Part shown: positions 62,174-64,000 of the stretch, piece by piece
How positions within the stretch are numbered: position 1 is the stretch's first letter
Layout of the letters: the number at the start of each line of letters is the position of its first letter
Assembly (NCBI GenBank): GCA_043228905.1
Contig: JBHGNT010000010.1
Coordinates: 16,864,001-16,928,000, forward strand
Reading direction: 5' to 3'
DNA: 64,000 nucleotides
From: Azolla caroliniana
Lineage: Eukaryota > Plantae > Polypodiophyta
Translations under genes and position numbers: made by a program
Notes under the pieces: generated by a model
What the model saw: the letters and a program-made list of their open reading frames with translations, nothing else
Told to the model about the DNA's origin: nothing
Databases searched by the model: none

Positions 62174-63405
62174 GTTTTACAGTTTCTTGACATATTGATC
62201 CCTGTTCAATATAAAACAGACTGTAGCCAAAACCATTCTTGGACTTGATTTGGAGTTTTATAATTCTTTCTATCAAGAATCCAATTGTAAAAAACAAAAT
62301 CTCAAATTGATTTCAACTTAATACCATCATTCTTCCTCTAATTCTTTAATGGGAGCAGAATGGTGTACCAAAGCTTCTCATAGAACAATGGCATATGCGC
62401 AAATATGGTGGTACTAAAATGGTGATTCTTGTCTAAGATAAGTTCATGTATCAATTGAATTTTATTTCGTGTCTACAAGTAAAAACTAACAAAGTGAATA
62501 GAATTCTATTTAACCTATCTTTTGGTGATGGTACAAAGAAGGAATAGGACATAACTGTAGAACAAGTTTGGATCTTGAATAGGGCCACATACTCTTCCTT
62601 TTATAGCTTCTGTATGTGTGAAAAATAAACATGGAACCAACATTTACAGAAAATAAGATTCGTTACATGTCATGCTCATAGTTTTGAACGTAACTCCTTA
62701 TTCTGAGCTTAAATTTCATTATGTTTCTATAGAAAATGGCCAGTACATCCATTCTGATAGATCTTTGGCCATGTATAGTAGCTCAATTTGAAATCCAATT
62801 ATCCAAACATTAACATATTTGAATCCTAAAATAATCAATTGGCCCACCATCAATGTATACCTAATCTTAGGTTTGGACCCTAAACTAATCAATAAACTTA
62901 TTAGAGTCCTGAGATGGTTTGTTTTCTCAATCTCGTGTCCATGTTTTCTCTTTATTCTCACTCTCTCCATGATTTGGAATTTGGAATTTTTATTGTTTTG
63001 AAAGATTGAAACCCTTGTCCAACAAGAAAACACAGATTTGGGACAAAAGCACAAAAGAGCCCATGCTGTCATATACTACTTTTGTTTGTTCATGTGAGAA
63101 GGTAAAAAAAAACATGCTTGTATATAAAAATAGGAATGATACTATGCTTGGAGCCATGCCTATCATTAACTTGGAAGTAGGTTTGCCATAGCTTAATGGA
63201 TACATATATTCACATTTGTGGGCATATGAGTCAACTATCTCGCTAATGTTCTCTTCATGTTTCTCTATTCCTTGGTATTGGAATATATATAATATTATCG
63301 ACAAGCTACCATCCTCTTTGATTGAAACTTCAAATTAACGAATACACATGACATTGCGAAGCAAAATTACATACAATTTAGCTATGGACATATGTTAAAG
63401 ATAAG

Positions 63406-63887
63406 CTAAATAAGGGCAAGTTCCAATATTGAGATTATGTTGGAAACGAGTTCTTGCATTTGATTATGTGAATGGAGAGGATAAGGGAAGACACAATTGA
63501 GATATAGAGCCCCTTGGTGAAAGCAATCAAATATTGCAATGCTTGGCCCCACCCCATGGATAGAAGAGCAACCCACGTACTCAAGCAAACCCAACTCATC
63601 AAAATCTTCTCGCAATTGCTCATCCTTCTTTTCATCTTGAACATTTTGAATATATTCTTCATTATCGAACACGACAAGTGTGGATGTACGCAATGATGAG
63701 AAAGGTGTTAGATGGGGCCTTTGGATGGCCTGACACATGAGTAGGCCCACATCCCCCAAGTCAGTAAAGTGTTTTCTTCGATTTATTGATTCTTCTAGTG
63801 TGGAAGAACACTTCCTTGCTAACTCCCAGAAGTCCATGTCTTCTCCTTGGATATAATATGTGTTCATTATAGATGAATGGTAGAAAC
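63406..63887 (-). CDS. Terminal exon of a condensation-domain/alcohol-acyltransferase-like plant protein; gene continues beyond the window
   Basis: Acceptor TTTTGTAG|GTTTCTAC at 63888/63887. Conserved-looking GFYHS.I.NT, FWELAR, KHFTD, LTP.SSLRT, GCSSIHGVGPSIAIFD and P.PLHS..QMQEL. Confidence 0.75.
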
Positions 63888-64000
63888 CTACAAAATTGTA
63901 TACACGTTTATAAGGAGAGGTTATACCAAATACATTAAGATAAGATACAAGTTTTTTACATATCTCATGCTGCAAAAATCTAGTTCCTTTTGGCAATCCC

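Noticed and set aside
63888-63996. N-terminal part of the 196-aa ORF
   Set aside because: It lies upstream of a good splice acceptor and is probably intron read-through with a non-ATG start.

Overview
Eukaryotic land-plant nuclear DNA, AT-rich and rich in microsatellites. A fern is plausible from the intronless PLS-E PPR gene, but that is inference only. Host genes: a PLS-E PPR protein (- strand), F-actin capping protein alpha (10 exons, one GC-AG intron), phosphoribosylanthranilate isomerase, a BT1-like adenine nucleotide carrier, an ALE2-like receptor kinase, and the last exon of a condensation/acyltransferase-like gene. Bases 5900-22554 are a retroelement nest. A decayed Ty1/copia element (TSD ATTGG) contains a very young intact Ty3/gypsy element (8099-17913, TSD GATAT, 420-bp LTRs differing at 2 sites) and a 422-bp poly(A) insert with a 17-bp TSD. 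A solo LTR nested inside another solo LTR follows. Main finding: the intact gypsy element has no polypurine tract next to its 3' LTR. That position holds a sense copy of what I recall as the 3' end of tRNA-Arg(UCU) including CCA, i.e. a second, inverted primer-binding site. It mirrors the tRNA-Arg-type PBS after the 5' LTR and suggests both DNA strands may be tRNA-primed. The element also carries an intact extra ORF of about 880-960 aa that is not env-like (PMD-like N-terminus, basic patches, long coiled coil).
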